Positions 49,952 to 63,239 of a DNA stretch of 64,000 nt are shown here, one piece after another (position 1 is the stretch's first letter; each line of letters opens with the position of its first letter). The translations under genes were made by a program, and so were the position numbers. This stretch comes from Camelus dromedarius (taxonomy: Eukaryota), in the NCBI RefSeq assembly GCF_036321535.1, contig NC_087436.1, positions 112,408,001 to 112,472,000 of the forward strand, given 5' to 3'. Under the pieces are notes generated by a model. That model made no database searches. It saw only the letters and a program-made list of their open reading frames with translations, and was not told the DNA's origin.

Positions 49952-52900
49952 GTACTTTTTTTTTAAATTACTGGATGTCATTTTGAAAGTTATGTCAACA
50001 TGTTAATTCTATAAAAAAAAAATTTGTGAACAGCTTGAGTTGGCTTTTAAAATATTGGAAATAATGTGATCGTAAGTAATTAAATATATTGGGGGATAGG
50101 AATTCCCATACAGGAAGAGTCTTTTAAAAGTGTATTTTTAGTGTAACATCCAATGATTTGTAACTTTGCTACTTATTAAACTTACCATATTTCCGTTTGT
50201 GTCCCATCCAAATAACTTTTTCCATGGAATTACTCTCCACTCACTTCTTTAGTTCTCTTCAATTTTGTTTTACTAGAATCAGGGTTTTTTTGTTTTTCCA
50301 TTCAACGTGATATAAATTATTTCAGCCGTTTTTTTAAGACTTCAGTTTCTCAAAAAGCCCTCATATTCAGAAACATTAAACGACAGTCTCTTCAGAAAAA
50401 AAAGAAAAAAGGAGATTCACTTGACCTTCCTCACAGAACACATCACGGCACAGGATGTGCACAGTAACCGCGACACTAACTGCTACACACCGTCCTCCCT
50501 CGACTGCGTCTCGGTGCATCAGGACCTGTCAGACAGGAAGGTGGCTCTCTTCCCTCTGTCGCTAGAGTCGAGTCTGAACAATTCTGAAATTCCTTATAAG
50601 AAGCAGAGAATTAAGAAATAATTCAGCTGCAGCTATATTGCAGCACGTTTTCATACTTTTATAGTAACGTAAAACTTGTGATGTTCCAGCCGCTTGCTTA
50701 GAATCATGCTCTCCATTGGAGCAGCTCTCAGGGAGCTGTGTTGGTTTGCTCACTCCGTGCATTGTCGTAACAGGAGGTGCGGTGGACAATGTGCAGAAGG
50801 ATGCAGGTGGTTTGGCTGATGTTCTTTATTTCTGGCAGTCCATCAGTTTGGTGGAAGGAAGAGAGTCGGATTTGGAGTGACAGCTTGAGAAATGAGCTCT
50901 CGGTGGCATGGTGCCTGTGGAAGCTTTGGGAAGTTCTGTGTTAAGGTGGGATTTAGAGAGCTGGGGGTCAAGCTGACATTTGAGACTGTGAAACAGTTTG
51001 TTGCCTTTGGTCAAGATCATTAAATGTGCTTTTATTATTGTCTTGCTGCTTTTCTAGGGAGTTCTGGGGTTCTGTGGAGGAGCAGACGGGCTGGAGATGA
51101 GGGGGGCGTCCCGGTGACCCTCCTCTGCAAGTGCAGCAGCATCTTTGTCATTGGAGTTGCTTTAAGATTTTGTCCAGGAGGGGCCTCGGGGACAGTGTTC
51201 TTCTGATTGAAAAAACAAAACAAAACAGAAAATTAAGTTATTCATGTGTCTTTCTTAAAACACTTCAACCAGCTTTTCGAGCTCACTTTTTCCAGTGGTA
51301 AGCCCCGGGCAGGAAGTGTGAGGATGCTGCAGAGGGCACTGCTGGGCTCTCGGACAGGGCAGTGCCAGCCTAGTGCAGTTTTCACCCCCTGGTGTCAGCC
51401 TCTATGAGGGAAGTTTTTTTCTCGCACCTGTCTGAGCAGGTGTGTACTCCCATTTTCCTCTGGGGAGAGCACAGGGGGATTTGCCCACAATCCACAGCCA
51501 GACTTTATGGACACACCCAGGGGGCTGCCTCAAAGCAGGTGGTTGTCCGTCCTCCCTCTTGTACTGCCCACCTGTGACAGGAAAATGAGCCCTCAGAATT
51601 TTGTCACCTCTTCAGAGGCAGGTTCAACACACATATCCTTCTCTTTTATTAGCAACATTGAAATAAGCACGTTTCTGGGTAGCTTCCTTATAGACATTTG
51701 TAAGCATTTCGTGTGTTTTATTCTGAGTGTTAAGATGTCTTCTGGGGAAAATCCCTGCGGGTCTTGATGAGGCTTCAGTAAAAACTAGTTTTTCTATCTG
51801 TGGTCTATTGTGGGACCACTGATGGGGGAGTAACCTGCATGGTCAATTGTAATCAATTAGGCTTTTTTTTTTCTTTTTTAAAGAATAGAAAAAGTGTCAG
51901 ATTACATTCATTGCCAGTCCTAAGGGTAAGTGTTTTTTCTTGGAACTTTGGTTTCATTTGTATGTGGGTAAAATGCATCCTGTCAGAAAAGCTGAAGGAA
52001 CACTGCTTATGCACAGTTGTGATTGTTCTCTAATCCTGCTTCCCATGAGAGGGGCTTTTGGCTTTAGTCCTATTTGGGAAATTTTGGTTTAGTCTCTTAG
52101 AACAACACTTTAGGAGTTTCATTGCTTGAATGTATGAAAGAATGTTGTCTTTTTCTGTTTAGAGCAATTTTTTCTTCTAGGACTCACTGAAGCATAGAGG
52201 AAAAAAGAGTTAGATTTCTGTTTAATTGCAGGCTTAAATATCTCTCTTAACAGCATGAATTCACTCTGCCATCCCCATGGCCTTTATTTTATATGAGGGG
52301 GTCCACTTCAGGCTTCTGTTATGATAGCAACTTAACTGACTTTTCCTGGTTTCCTTTGTGTTTACGTTGTCTACTCTAAATGTAATGCCTCACTCACTTT
52401 TGTTGTTGTTCTTGTTTCTTTTGGGTAAACGCTTGGCATTTTCACCTAACCTTTTCGGGAAGAGAAACTTGATAATTAAGGAGTACTTTGCTTGTTCAGG
52501 GGTTGCAAATATGGTAAAACATGTAATTAATGCTTATACTTTGAAGTCAAGAGAAAGGTCAACTCAGTATCTCTTACTAGAGCTGTTTAATGATTGTAAA
52601 AAAAAAAAAAAAATCCCAAGGTTTTTGTGTAATATTGTCAGTGGATAAACACGTTATACTTGACATTTAATAAAGATGAATTTCTCATATATTTAAAGTA
52701 GTATTTCTAATTATTAACACTTCTTTACATTTGAACTTCTCAATCTAATGTAATGGTATGAAATTTTGGAGTATTTTGTTGACTTTGGGGCAGCATTTCT
52801 TTTTTTCTCTGCAAATCCCTTTTCCCTTCTGCACACACACCTTTTGGGTTCTTGTCCTGGATCTGCTAACTGCTTACGTGGTCCCTTTCAGGGGCTGTGT

Positions 52901-52959
52901 GTTTGTCTTTGATACAGCCAAGAAGGCTGAACTGTACTTTATGTGCATCCTGTACTGAG

Positions 52960-53100
52960 AGCCAGGATAGCGGAGAGATTGAGGGCATGAATTCTAAAGC
53001 TGAGCTGCCTGGATTTGAATCTTGGCTCAAGTTCCTTGAGGCTTTGACCAATTCACTTCTGTCCGTGCGCCTCGGTTTTCTCACCTGTATGTTAATTATG
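52960..53100 (+). mobile_element. MIR SINE relic
   Basis: ctgcctggatttgaatcttggctc...tgcgcctcggttttctcacctgta. Confidence 0.7.
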
Positions 53101-53799
53101 TGGTAAGCCTTATATAAGTGTTTTTAAAGTGTTTTACCAGCCTTGCTTCAGCAATTCTGGAGTGCCCTGCCCTGGGAGAACAGGGACATCTGAAAGGTTT
53201 CTTGTCCTCAGGATGCATTCCAGAGGAGGTCTTGCTTGCAGTAGAGGTAGCTGTCGCCTTGGGCCAAGGACAGCAGGAAGTGATTGGGAGAGGACTGGTT
53301 TTCAAGGTTCCCCCATGCCCCACTTTGATCTTACGTTATACTTTTAATCTTCCTGCTTTGCTTGCTAATAAACTTGATTTTTCTAACCCTGCGAGGGGCA
53401 TGGTTTTCTGACCCTCAGCCTTCTTGGTTTTGCTGACCTCAGGCAGAAAGAACCTTTAGAGAATAAACTATTTTCTTCTCTTCTTCCTTTTAGCCAGCTG
53501 TCTTAGGGTAAAGCTTATCTCTTTCATGAGCTGATGGCCATAGAGATAACACACCCTACCACCCTGACATTTTCTGCCAAGCCCTCAAGACTGGCCTCAG
53601 CAGCCACATGGCTGGAGCTTACAGTTAGGGCAGACAATGGTCACTTTAACCAGGTGCTTGGTGGAACCAGGCAGGGATCACCAGTTTCCTGGAGAGGAGA
53701 TTCCTGGTGAGTGATTTATACTGCTCCATACCCTACTTGGCTTGGCCAGTTATGTTCCACCTCTGGCTTCCATTTCTGTGTTAATAATAAAACAAATAG

Positions 53800-53970
53800 G
53801 AAACTAAATTCAATTTCTTGTAATGAGCTGTAATGGAAAAGAATCTGAAAAAAAATATATATATATGTATATGTATAGCTGAATCACTTTGCTATACAAC
53901 ATAAAACTAACATTGTAAATTGACTACATTTCAATAAAAAAGTATGATTTAAAAAAAAACACTAAAAATA
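53800..53970 (+). mobile_element. Short L1 3'-end insertion (sense, TAPT1 intron 2) with TSD
   Basis: taatggaaaagaatctgaaaa...gaatcactttgctatac...aataaa; perfect 14-bp TSD aataaaacaaatag at 53786-53799 and 53971-53984. Confidence 0.88.
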
Positions 53971-54409
53971 AATAAAACAAATAGTATTTACCAAATAAAG
54001 ATTAATGCTAGACACAAGTCTGAGCACTTGAAATGAGTTAACATTAAATCCCGTTCACAGCCTCCTGAGATACGTGTAGTCTTAAAGTTTTGCGTCCTCT
54101 GCCTGCCCCACCGTGCATTCCCATACAGACATCCAGACAGAGCTCCCTTTAACCTATGTGTTAGTGGAAACATGTTAGTGTATTACATTTCGACCCCATA
54201 CAAACAATTTACCCTGGACCATGTACAAAATAAGCCCTTGGGTATGCTAGGGAGATCAGAGAGGGGCAGGGGGTGGAAATTATTAGGAACACACAAGGAA
54301 GTTCAGGTATGCTGGAAGGATAGGCTGGATCCAAGCTACTTTGAATGGTTAGCCTAAAAAGTTTAGACTAACTTTGGGAGGAAATTAAAATTTATTTCTG
54401 AAACATACT

Positions 54410-54810
54410 TCTGGCTGTGCATGTAACAGAATACCTAACAGTGACTTAAACAAAAAGGCTTTTAAGAATTTTTTTTAACGAGTCTAGAGGAAGGAGGTCT
54501 CAGTCGTTCCAGCAGATTAATGAAGCCAGCGTGGACTCAAGTCCTTTTTATCTTTCTACTTCACCATCCCATGGTTGGCAAATTGGCTTTTGGTCCTCTT
54601 GCTTGCTGCCTTTTTATAGAAGGCTGACAGCTGCAACCTCAGGCATTACATCTGCATTATAATCAGAAACAAGAGGCGATGACCATGCTGCCTTTTCCAC
54701 TGTCCCTTTTATAGAGTTTAAAGTGTCTCAGCATGCTTCCTTCATCTTGTGTGTCATTGGCCCAGTGGAGTTCCACAGCCATCCCAGCTGCATGGGGACT
54801 GGGACAGTGA
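54410..54810 (-). mobile_element. Old MaLR LTR relic (MLT1J/K-like)
   Basis: gcatgtaacaga...agtgacttaaacaa...ctcaggcattacatctgcatt...tcattggcc...ccagctgcatggggactggga. Confidence 0.55.
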
Positions 54811-57800
54811 CTGTCATGCTTTTCCAGCAAAGGCAGGAGCAGACTGACGGTGGTACCTGGGCACCCACCCCGAGGCTCTGCTCCCGGGGCACAGCGGTGC
54901 TCAGCGTGTGCGAGGGAGAAGAGACGTGTGGGGAGCTCACAAGCCCTCTAGGTGTGTGGTCTTCCTTCAGGTTAAAATCCACTGAGTTATTTATTTTACC
55001 TCTTAAGAAATTTATTCCTTGAGTTAAATACATGTCAGATGTAGGTTGTGATTATTATGAAGACTTTTATCAAAATTACTTTTCTGTGGTTACATATGTT
55101 TATGTAACCTTGCCTATCCTAAGAGGTTGCAATAAAATGAAAGTATATTTTTGACTTTTCTTTACCTTGTAATTCTGTGCTTTTCGGCAGTCCTTTATTT
55201 CATTGTTACCATGCTGTGTACATTATAGTTATTTTGTGTATTTTTTAATTGAATTCAACTTAGTCTTGAATAGAACTACTTAGTTATCTTAAGAGTCTAA
55301 TAAATTTTTATAAGTTTTAAATTCATCAGGTTGAAGATTGAGGTGTCACTCTAGGTATGGAATAGTGTGTTGGGGCATGGACGGTTGTCCTGACTGAAAG
55401 GGAGAGGCTCCTGCCACTTGGGAGTCTGGGGTTGAGATTCAGCAGACGTAGCTTCTCATGCCAGGTATTCAGGGAAAAGCCCAGCAGCCTGACTGAGGCG
55501 TTCCTTTGGCTTTGACCTTCTTCATCTAAGATTCGGAGGTTGGACTGGGTCATCTCAAGAGGGTTGCTAGTCCACCGCCCTGTGATTGAGTTTGCCTAGA
55601 AGGAGCAGGGGAAGGGGGAACTGTGGGAAGAGTCACAGAAAGGGACATCTCACGTCTCCTGGGGGTGGAACTTAGTTCTGCTTTTTTGAGGGTCAGATCG
55701 GGTGATAGCACGTGGGAAAAATCATTCAAAAAGTTCCTTGCAGAATGATGAACTAATCAAACTATCATATGAAGCAGCTTTGCTTCTCGGTATGAGTGAG
55801 TATTAAAAAGAGGTAGTCGTGGCCATCGTTTCCTCTTTATTTCAGTAAAACACCCCAGGATTTCATTGTGAATCTAAGAGCGAGCCCTTAGATCTGTGTT
55901 TCTGGTGGTGGTTTCTTGGGCATCCTGCTCAGTTTATGGTTTCCTGAAAACATGTTTGGGGACTAACTCCCCTATATTGTTCTCGTGATGCAGCTCTTGT
56001 TTGTGCCACACTGTGACTCAGATTTTCAGTCCTGCAGCTAAGGAGACCCAGGAAAGCCATGGGGAGCTGCACTTCTCAGCATCCCAGCAACCGTGGCTGG
56101 GGTTCCTCTCGTCCCGTCTGAGGCTTGTCACCCCTGGCTTGTAGCGGTGGTGACAGAAGCTTCCATAACCTTCAGCTGTCTTCCTTCCCTCTCCTCGGGG
56201 GGCAGGGCCGGTTTGGCGGCAGCACCAGCAGCCCCCTTCAGAAGTGGGGCCTGGGGGTGAGCGGGGAGTGGCCCAGCGCTGGCCTTGCTCCCTCGTGGGC
56301 ATGTAGGACCCGTCAGATAGTTCTGGGGCAGCCAGCTGAAGACTTCCGGCCTCCACCCCGCTCCCTGATGTATGTAGGAGAGTGTGTGATCTTGGCACTG
56401 TGGTGCTTTGTTCATCTTTCTGAATCAAGTGACTTATTTCTGTCACATTAGCTTTGGAAACAGCCTTAAATCTCTCTTCCTCTCTCTCCCTTGTGCCACA
56501 TCAGGCCCTGTGATCTCTCACTCAGACTAGTGTTCTCCTCCTTAACTGTCGTCTGTGCTGACACTCAGCCAGCCGCGGTGCTGCTCGTCAGCCCCTAGAA
56601 CAGGAGACCCCAGCCTGGAGGGTGTTTGATCACAGCCCGCAACAGCTCCCCAAGCCCGCCGCGGCTGCTAGGACCTCTCAGACGTGCTGTCGGGTCCCCA
56701 GGGCACACCAGCCTCGTGCATCGCAGACCTCTGTGTCCTTGCAAAAGGCCAGGGAGTGGCCTCGGCCTCCAGGGTCGTTGTGAGGATGAATAAGTTAATG
56801 TGGGTCAAGTGCTTAGGGTGTAACAGTGTTCAACATGGATTAAAAATAAGAGAAGTAAGAGAAATCTCAAGACCTCTCCATGCACATAGTCTTTCTACAA
56901 ATTAAAATCTTCGATTTATGTATTTACCTCCAAGGAAACAGATTCCTCGTGTTAAATATGTCAGGTGTAGGTTGATTATTACGAAGCCTTTTATCAAAAC
57001 GGCTTTGTTTCCCGCGGTTACGTATGTTTCTGTGACCTTGCTTACGGTGAAGGTACCTGGCTTACGGTGATCCCTTTGTCTCCCGTCCCCTAGGGTAGAG
57101 ACTTCCCTGGGGTGTGAATTTTTGAATTCAGGTGAATAAAAATTATTTTGTTATAGAGCTGACCTTGAAGGAAGTAATTGCTTTCAGAATCAAGCATTTG
57201 TAAACTTCCTTATTAGTAACTCATTTGCCTTGACATTCTTCTAACCATGGCTCCCCGTATGTGGGTTTGTTGAGAACTTCTAGAACCCAGGATGAGGATT
57301 TGTGCTCCTGAGTGATTGACTGAAGGGACCGCTGACCCCCGCGGCCTCCCGCTCACACTGCTCCTGCGCACGCTCTTGTCTTTGCCATGCTGTTCCTCCT
57401 TGCTGTGCCTGGCAGCATCTAGTGCCCGCCCTGTCTCCTCCTGGCAGATCTTTGCCAGCGCTGTTCCTCCCTTCCCCAGGCACACTCCCCAGTGCCCACC
57501 CTCGTGCTTAGCCTTCTGGCCCTTACTTTGGGGTCTATGTCCCGTGCACTAGATTTGAACTCCCGGGGGAAGGTGTCCTTCTTAATGACCTTGTACCCCG
57601 TGTGGAGTTAGCATGACGAGTGAAGCAGTAGACCCAGAGCCTTGTACGGAGGGGAACATGCTTCCCACTTGACCCCTGCTTCCCAGCTTCCACCCCAGAG
57701 CAGCCATGCTCGGCTGGCAGGCACTAGTTGTTGGTGATGGTGGTGGAGACGGATTCAGAGTTGCCAGGAGATACTTTGTGCAATTCAAAGAGACATAGCC

Positions 57801-60329
57801 TGGAATCACTATGGTACTTTAATTTTAGCCATACCACTTTATTCATTTTGACATTTCAAATGGCATTAAAAGGAAGGCAGGAGATTTTTGTCAAAAGGGG
57901 TAAACATTTTTTTAAAAGTTAAGAAACCTTGCTCCACTCTGCAGAAAGAGGCCAGCATTTTCATTTGTCTATGTCTTTTGAGGCTAGTAGTTTTCATTTG
58001 ATTAAGAGTGATAGTAGTTGGTTCGAGATGAATGTGGTAAGAGCTGGTTGTGGAAATTTTCACTAGCGTGTGATGTTTTGTTGACCAACTGTTACAGAAT
58101 TGTTGCCATTTTGTAGTTTTAACATTGAAGTTCAGATGTTAAAAACTTAGGTTAAATCTTTGTTTTTCTTTCTTTTTTTTTAATACATAAGGCTAAACCC
58201 ACTGGCAAGGTTGAGGCTGATTGACAGTTGTCTTTAGTAGAAGTAGTGCTTCAGTTTCAAAGCCTTGTCTCCTGCAGACTGAAGTCCAACCCTGCCTCTG
58301 CTGCGCATGAGCTGGGCCAGCTCCTGAGTCTCACCGCAGAGTCGAGGCGGGGCGCGGTGAGGATGGACGGAAGCCCTGCACACAGCACCTGGCCAGCGCC
58401 TGGCTGTACTGCCCGGTACCTGTAAAAGGCTTCTGAAGCCCCTCCACACAAGGTCTCCCTGTGACAGTAGAGCGTACGATAAGCATGTGGTCAAGAGAAA
58501 GAAAGAGGGACAAATCAAAGACTGAGCTAGCTCTGGGAAGTTTTCACATAAGACCTTGTGTAGCATTTTTGTCTTTCATCCCTGGAAAAAATACACAGAA
58601 TGGATAAGAGGTGAAGGCCAAAAACTCCAGTGTAGAATTTCTTCTTGAAGTACGTTGATTGTGCTTTGGTTTTCTGTGTTTTGTTATTCGTGTAACTGCC
58701 AGTTCAGAGAGATGACATACTCATTATAAAGCCTTCTCCCGTGAAGGTGAGACGCAGGTGAAGTAAGATGCCATGTTCTACTGGATGGGGAAAGCGAGGT
58801 GAGGCTGGAGAGGCAGCACCCGAGCAGAGAGAAATGGGCAAATGGGACAAGAGTGTGGCAAGGATGTGCATGGCATGACTGTCATCTAACAGGACAGGTG
58901 TTCACCCGTGATTTAAGGAGGCATATTTCAAAAGCATCGTGCTTCTTTGATTTTAGTCACCACGTTGTATTTATTTTGAAATTTCTCAAAAGGGAAACAG
59001 AGAGTGTTATATATGAGGCTGATTTCATTACCTTATTGTCACATATTGTATATTTCAGGGAAACTCCCATTGGATGTTACTTAAGATTGCTTGAACACGT
59101 TATGGTTATTTGATCCAATTAAAAAGGGGGTAGTCCTTGCCTATTTTATCAAGATGCTGTACAAATTAACTGAAGTTGTGAGAGTATACATTATTTTGGT
59201 TACCAATGTATCCTCAAATCTTTTAATTTTATTGACATATTTTCAAAGCCAGCTATAAATCTGTATATGTGAAATTTTAATGCCTCTTGTAAGTTTAAAT
59301 GCATTTTAAATCTGCATTTTTTATGACATTAGGCAAATTGGCAAAAGACTAGTTAGCACAGAGAAAATTTTGTTAACTCCTATGTTAACTCCTATGCTTG
59401 GTAAAAATAGGGAGTCAGATCTTTTTACTGTGCTCAGACTGTGTCAAGGAGAGCGTGTAGGGCCTTGGGTGGGGCAGACACAGGTGTGACTGCCAGTTCC
59501 TTTACTTTACCCACAGCATCGGGCAAGCATTCAGCCTCCAGAGTCGAGGTTTCCTCCTGTGTCAGGCAGGGGTGATAATCACTAGCTCAAAAGCTATTGG
59601 GGGATTAATTAGTAAGCAGTCAGCACCGTGTACAGAACACAGGGGTCGTTCTTGGCGCGGCTGCTTCAGGCTCTGGGTGGCCAGGTGAATAAAACACGAT
59701 GCCCTGGAGTGTGCAGCAGGGCACCAGGCTCACACTCAGCCCAGCACCGCTTTCTCTGCCTCCTTTGAGGATGAATGTTTTCAGGATTACATCTTGTTTA
59801 CTTTTTTAAGGAAATTTTCTAATTTTCATTTGTAAACAATTTAAAAAGAAGGCTGTGCTTTGTGGAAAAGTGCAACATCTGAACAATAGGTACAGTAGTT
59901 GAGTCACTTTTTTATGTTTCTAACCCTACAAGGCATTTCTGCTGCTTTTCTTGTGTATGTTGTGTTCTCTTCTAGATGGATGCTGTCTTTCTGCCTAGTT
60001 GAAGTTTCTTTAGATCACAGCCACTTGCTTTTCTCCCATTTTAATGTCAAGCTCTAGTGTATTGACAGCTCCAGGTGGTCGCTCCATGGTCAGCATGCAG
60101 TGGGAGATTTTTGTTTACCCACGGAGTTTGTGGGCTGGTTTAAAATGTGAGGGGAAGGCCCATTAGACTTCTGTTACTGCTGTTCACTATAAACCATAAA
60201 CACTATTCATACAGATTCCTCTAAGCCTAAGAAAGGCAACTATATTCTTTAAGAGAAACGTCTATTCTTTCAGAGGAAATTTCAGTCTGCGCAGTCACTT
60301 TTCTCACCTGTGTTCCTGCTCAGGCTTCC

Positions 60330-60705
60330 TCCCCCTGGAAAGCTGCCTTCCCTTCCTCCACCCTCTCCACTGCCCAGCCCACCCTCTGCACATGTCAGTA
60401 GCCCTCATCTCAAATGTCATTAAGAATTCCCTCTTCTTTGGAGCTTTTTCCAAATCTCCCCAAGTTGGGTTGGCCATTCCCTCCCTGTGGCTCCCCTGTT
60501 CCTTGTAGCCTAGTTCTGTCACAGCAGCAGCCAGCTCTGCCTGGACCTCCTTTATCTACATGCTGGTGTCTTTTTTTGTGAAAAGCCGAAGAAGCTTGCT
60601 GAGGGCAGGAACCCCGTCCTGGTGTCCTGCCTGGCTTGTGCCCGCCCGGCCGAGCATGTCACTTGACCCATATTAACAGCTTAGCAGATGCTGGATGAAT
60701 GGACG
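60330..60705 (+). mobile_element. L2 3'-end relic
   Basis: tcatctcaaatgtca...aagcttgctgagggcaggaacc...gatgctggatgaatgga. Confidence 0.6.
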
Positions 60706-61080
60706 GTGCGTTCATCCCCAGTGTGAGGCTATGGGAGAGACAGCCGCTTCTTCTCCTTCCCAGCGTGCTGTCTGCTTGTGCACACACACCACGTGCCTTC
60801 TGGGGCGTCAGGTGTCTGCGTTTCCTGCCTTTGGGGTACAACTAGCAGTCCCCCAGTGAACGGGGAGAGGATTCCTGGTGACAGGAGAGGAATAAGGACA
60901 GACCACTAGTTTTAGGTGGCCCGTGCTCAGTCTTCTACGACACTCCCCTGTGCAGAACAAGGAGACAGATACAGGACTGTGACTGTGCTGAGGACAGAGA
61001 CAGGGCAACTGACTGACCATCTGTTAAGAAGCCCAGCGCGCACGCGCACTTGTGTGTGTAAAGATGCATACATACACATA

Positions 61081-61084
<4 letters not shown>

Positions 61085-61132
<48 letters not shown>
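61085..61132. repeat. (TG)24 microsatellite
   Basis: Perfect dinucleotide run. Confidence 0.97.
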
Positions 61133-61135
<3 letters not shown>

Positions 61136-61194
61136 TGTTTTCTTTGAGACATCTTGCAAAAAATTAATAAAATGTGCCCTTTCTTTTAAAGGCA

Positions 61195-61562
61195 TGTTGT
61201 TAGTTGGCTACGGCTGCTGTAACAAAATACCTCAGACTGTGTCTTAAAGGACAGAAGTTTGTGTTCTCACAGTTCTAATGTCTGGAAGTCCAAGGTCAAA
61301 GTGTCAGCAGGATTGGTTTCTTCGGAGGCCTCTCCTTGGCTTGCAGACGGCCGTCTTTTCTCATGTCTTTGTGTGTGTCTTCCCTCTGCGCACGTTTGTG
61401 CCCTCTTCTTAGAAGCATACCAGTCATGCTGGATTAGTGCCCACCCTCATCACCTCATTTTAACTTAATTACCTCTTGTCTTCAAATACACTCACGTTTG
61501 GAGGTGCTGTGGGTTAGGCCTTCAGCATATGAATTTGTGGAGATGCAATTCTGCGAGTAACA
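61195..61562 (-). mobile_element. MLT1A-type MaLR solo LTR
   Basis: ggctgctgtaacaaaatacc...tctcacagttct...ggaagtccaaggtcaaagtgtcagcagg...catatgaatttg...gtaaca. Confidence 0.85.
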
Positions 61563-61894
61563 GTGTGGATTTTAACTACTTAGTGTACTTCTGTAGGGCA
61601 GTGTATTAACTGAGATTCCGTGGAGTGTTATGTGTGAGGGCACACATACCATACCATGTTTGTGTGTCAGACTAGAGAAAGTCACCATCCTTGAAACAGA
61701 GTTTGGTAGTCTGGGTGTGGCTTCTTCTCTAAACCATCAAAAGACTCTGTCTTCCTCCTGTGAGATCTAGACCTAAATCTAACAGGTAAAAATGGATAGT
61801 CACAGAAAAATAGGGAGGATGTGCGAGTACACACAAAAGAGGGAGAGATGCAGACATCAGTGGCTACTCCTCCAGTTAAGCATAATGCCTTCTG

Positions 61895-62019
61895 GAACTA
61901 TATTCAGTATCTTGTAATGACCAATAATGAAAATACATATACATACAACTGAATGACTTCACGGTATACCTGAAACTACCACAATATTGTAAATCAACTA
62001 TACTTCAGTTTTAAGGAAA
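61895..62019 (+). mobile_element. Short L1 3'-end insertion with TSD
   Basis: gaactatattcagtatcttgtaat...tacctgaaactaccacaatattgtaaatcaactatacttca; TSD aag(c/a)ataatgccttc(t/c)g at 61878-61894 and 62020-62036. Confidence 0.85.
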
Positions 62020-62550
62020 AAGAATAATGCCTTCCGAGTACAGCAAGTTTGAGTATATATGAAATTGTGTCCAAATGCATGATCACTTTACATATTTTTA
62101 ACATAAACGGTACTTTAAGTCAGTATATTTACAATCTTTCTCATCCATGAAGTACTCTGATAAACAGGAAACAACAAAATTATGAAGCATAAAGTTAGTT
62201 TCAAAGTTTCATCTGGAAGGTTCTCTGTCAGAGAACGCAAGCTTGAGGAAGTACTCACAAAGCCGCGTCTGACGTTTCGCAGCTGTGCTCAGTTGAGTAA
62301 TGGACCTGTGTAGGTGGTAAACTCTGGAAGAAGAACTACAAAGTTGCATTTTGAAAAAGGATTTCTTCATTAAAATATGTCTCATATACACGAGGAGAAC
62401 TATTAACTTGTTATTCTCATAGTTATGAGAAATGAATTTCCTACAAAGTTTAGAAATTCCTTGATTGTTTGAAATTTTCATCTACAGTATTTTAAAGGAT
62501 ATTTATTTTATCTTTGTTTTTTTGTATTCTTCTCTCCTTTTAAAATCCAG

Positions 62551-62669
62551 CTCATGGTGTTTGGGATCTTCCTGTGCCTGGATGCATTTCTGTACGTGTT
62601 CACTTTGCTTCCTTTAAGAGTTTTCCTGGCACTGTTCAGGCTCTTCACGCTGCCTTGCTCTGGCTTAAG
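62551..62669 (+). CDS. TAPT1: TAPT1 coding exon 3 (119 nt), first hydrophobic/transmembrane segment
   Basis: Acceptor ttctctccttttaaaatccag| and donor AAG|gtaagt. Reads LMVFGIFLCLDAFLYVFTLLPLRVFLALFRLFTLPCSGL(R) in phase 0 after exon 2. Confidence 0.97.
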
Positions 62670-63239
62670 GTAAGTTTCAGATCATGAACTATTTCAAATG
62701 TCTAGATTATTTTTACTGCTTGTAGTTAAAATAAATAATCACTTGGATAGATTTTTTTAGAATGGGGATAATTCATAAAGTTGCATTCACACTTTGGCCC
62801 TTACTGTATAAACTAATGCTTTTGTCTTTTTAGTGAATATTATATATTTCTGCTTTTTATATGCACATTTTTCTTTCCAAATGTTTTTGAACCAGAACTT
62901 TGCTCCGGCCAGTGACCTAATGTTAGCAATGCAGGAGTCTGTGTGGAAGAGTAGGAAGGACCCAGCACTGGGTCAAGGACCTCATTACCACTCTGCCACC
63001 TCACCCAGTGCCTTTATTTTCTTGGCATCTCTCGGCCTCCTGGGCATTATCTGTAAAGTGAAGGCTTTTGTTCTGGTCTGAGAGGCGAGGGCGAGTGGCA
63101 TCAGAATCTCCCAGGGAGCTCTTAGCTGCAGGGTTTCTCCTCCATCTCACTTGACAGTCACTGCGCGCGTGGCCTAGCGAGCCTTAGTTACTGCTTACAG
63201 GTGAGACGCGCTCTGATTTGTGAGAGGGGCAAACTCTGG

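Larger units (their letters stand above)
49952..62550 (+). other. TAPT1: TAPT1 intron 2 (12,599 nt, GT-AG)
   Basis: Defined by the exon 2 donor and exon 3 acceptor. Confidence 0.9.
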
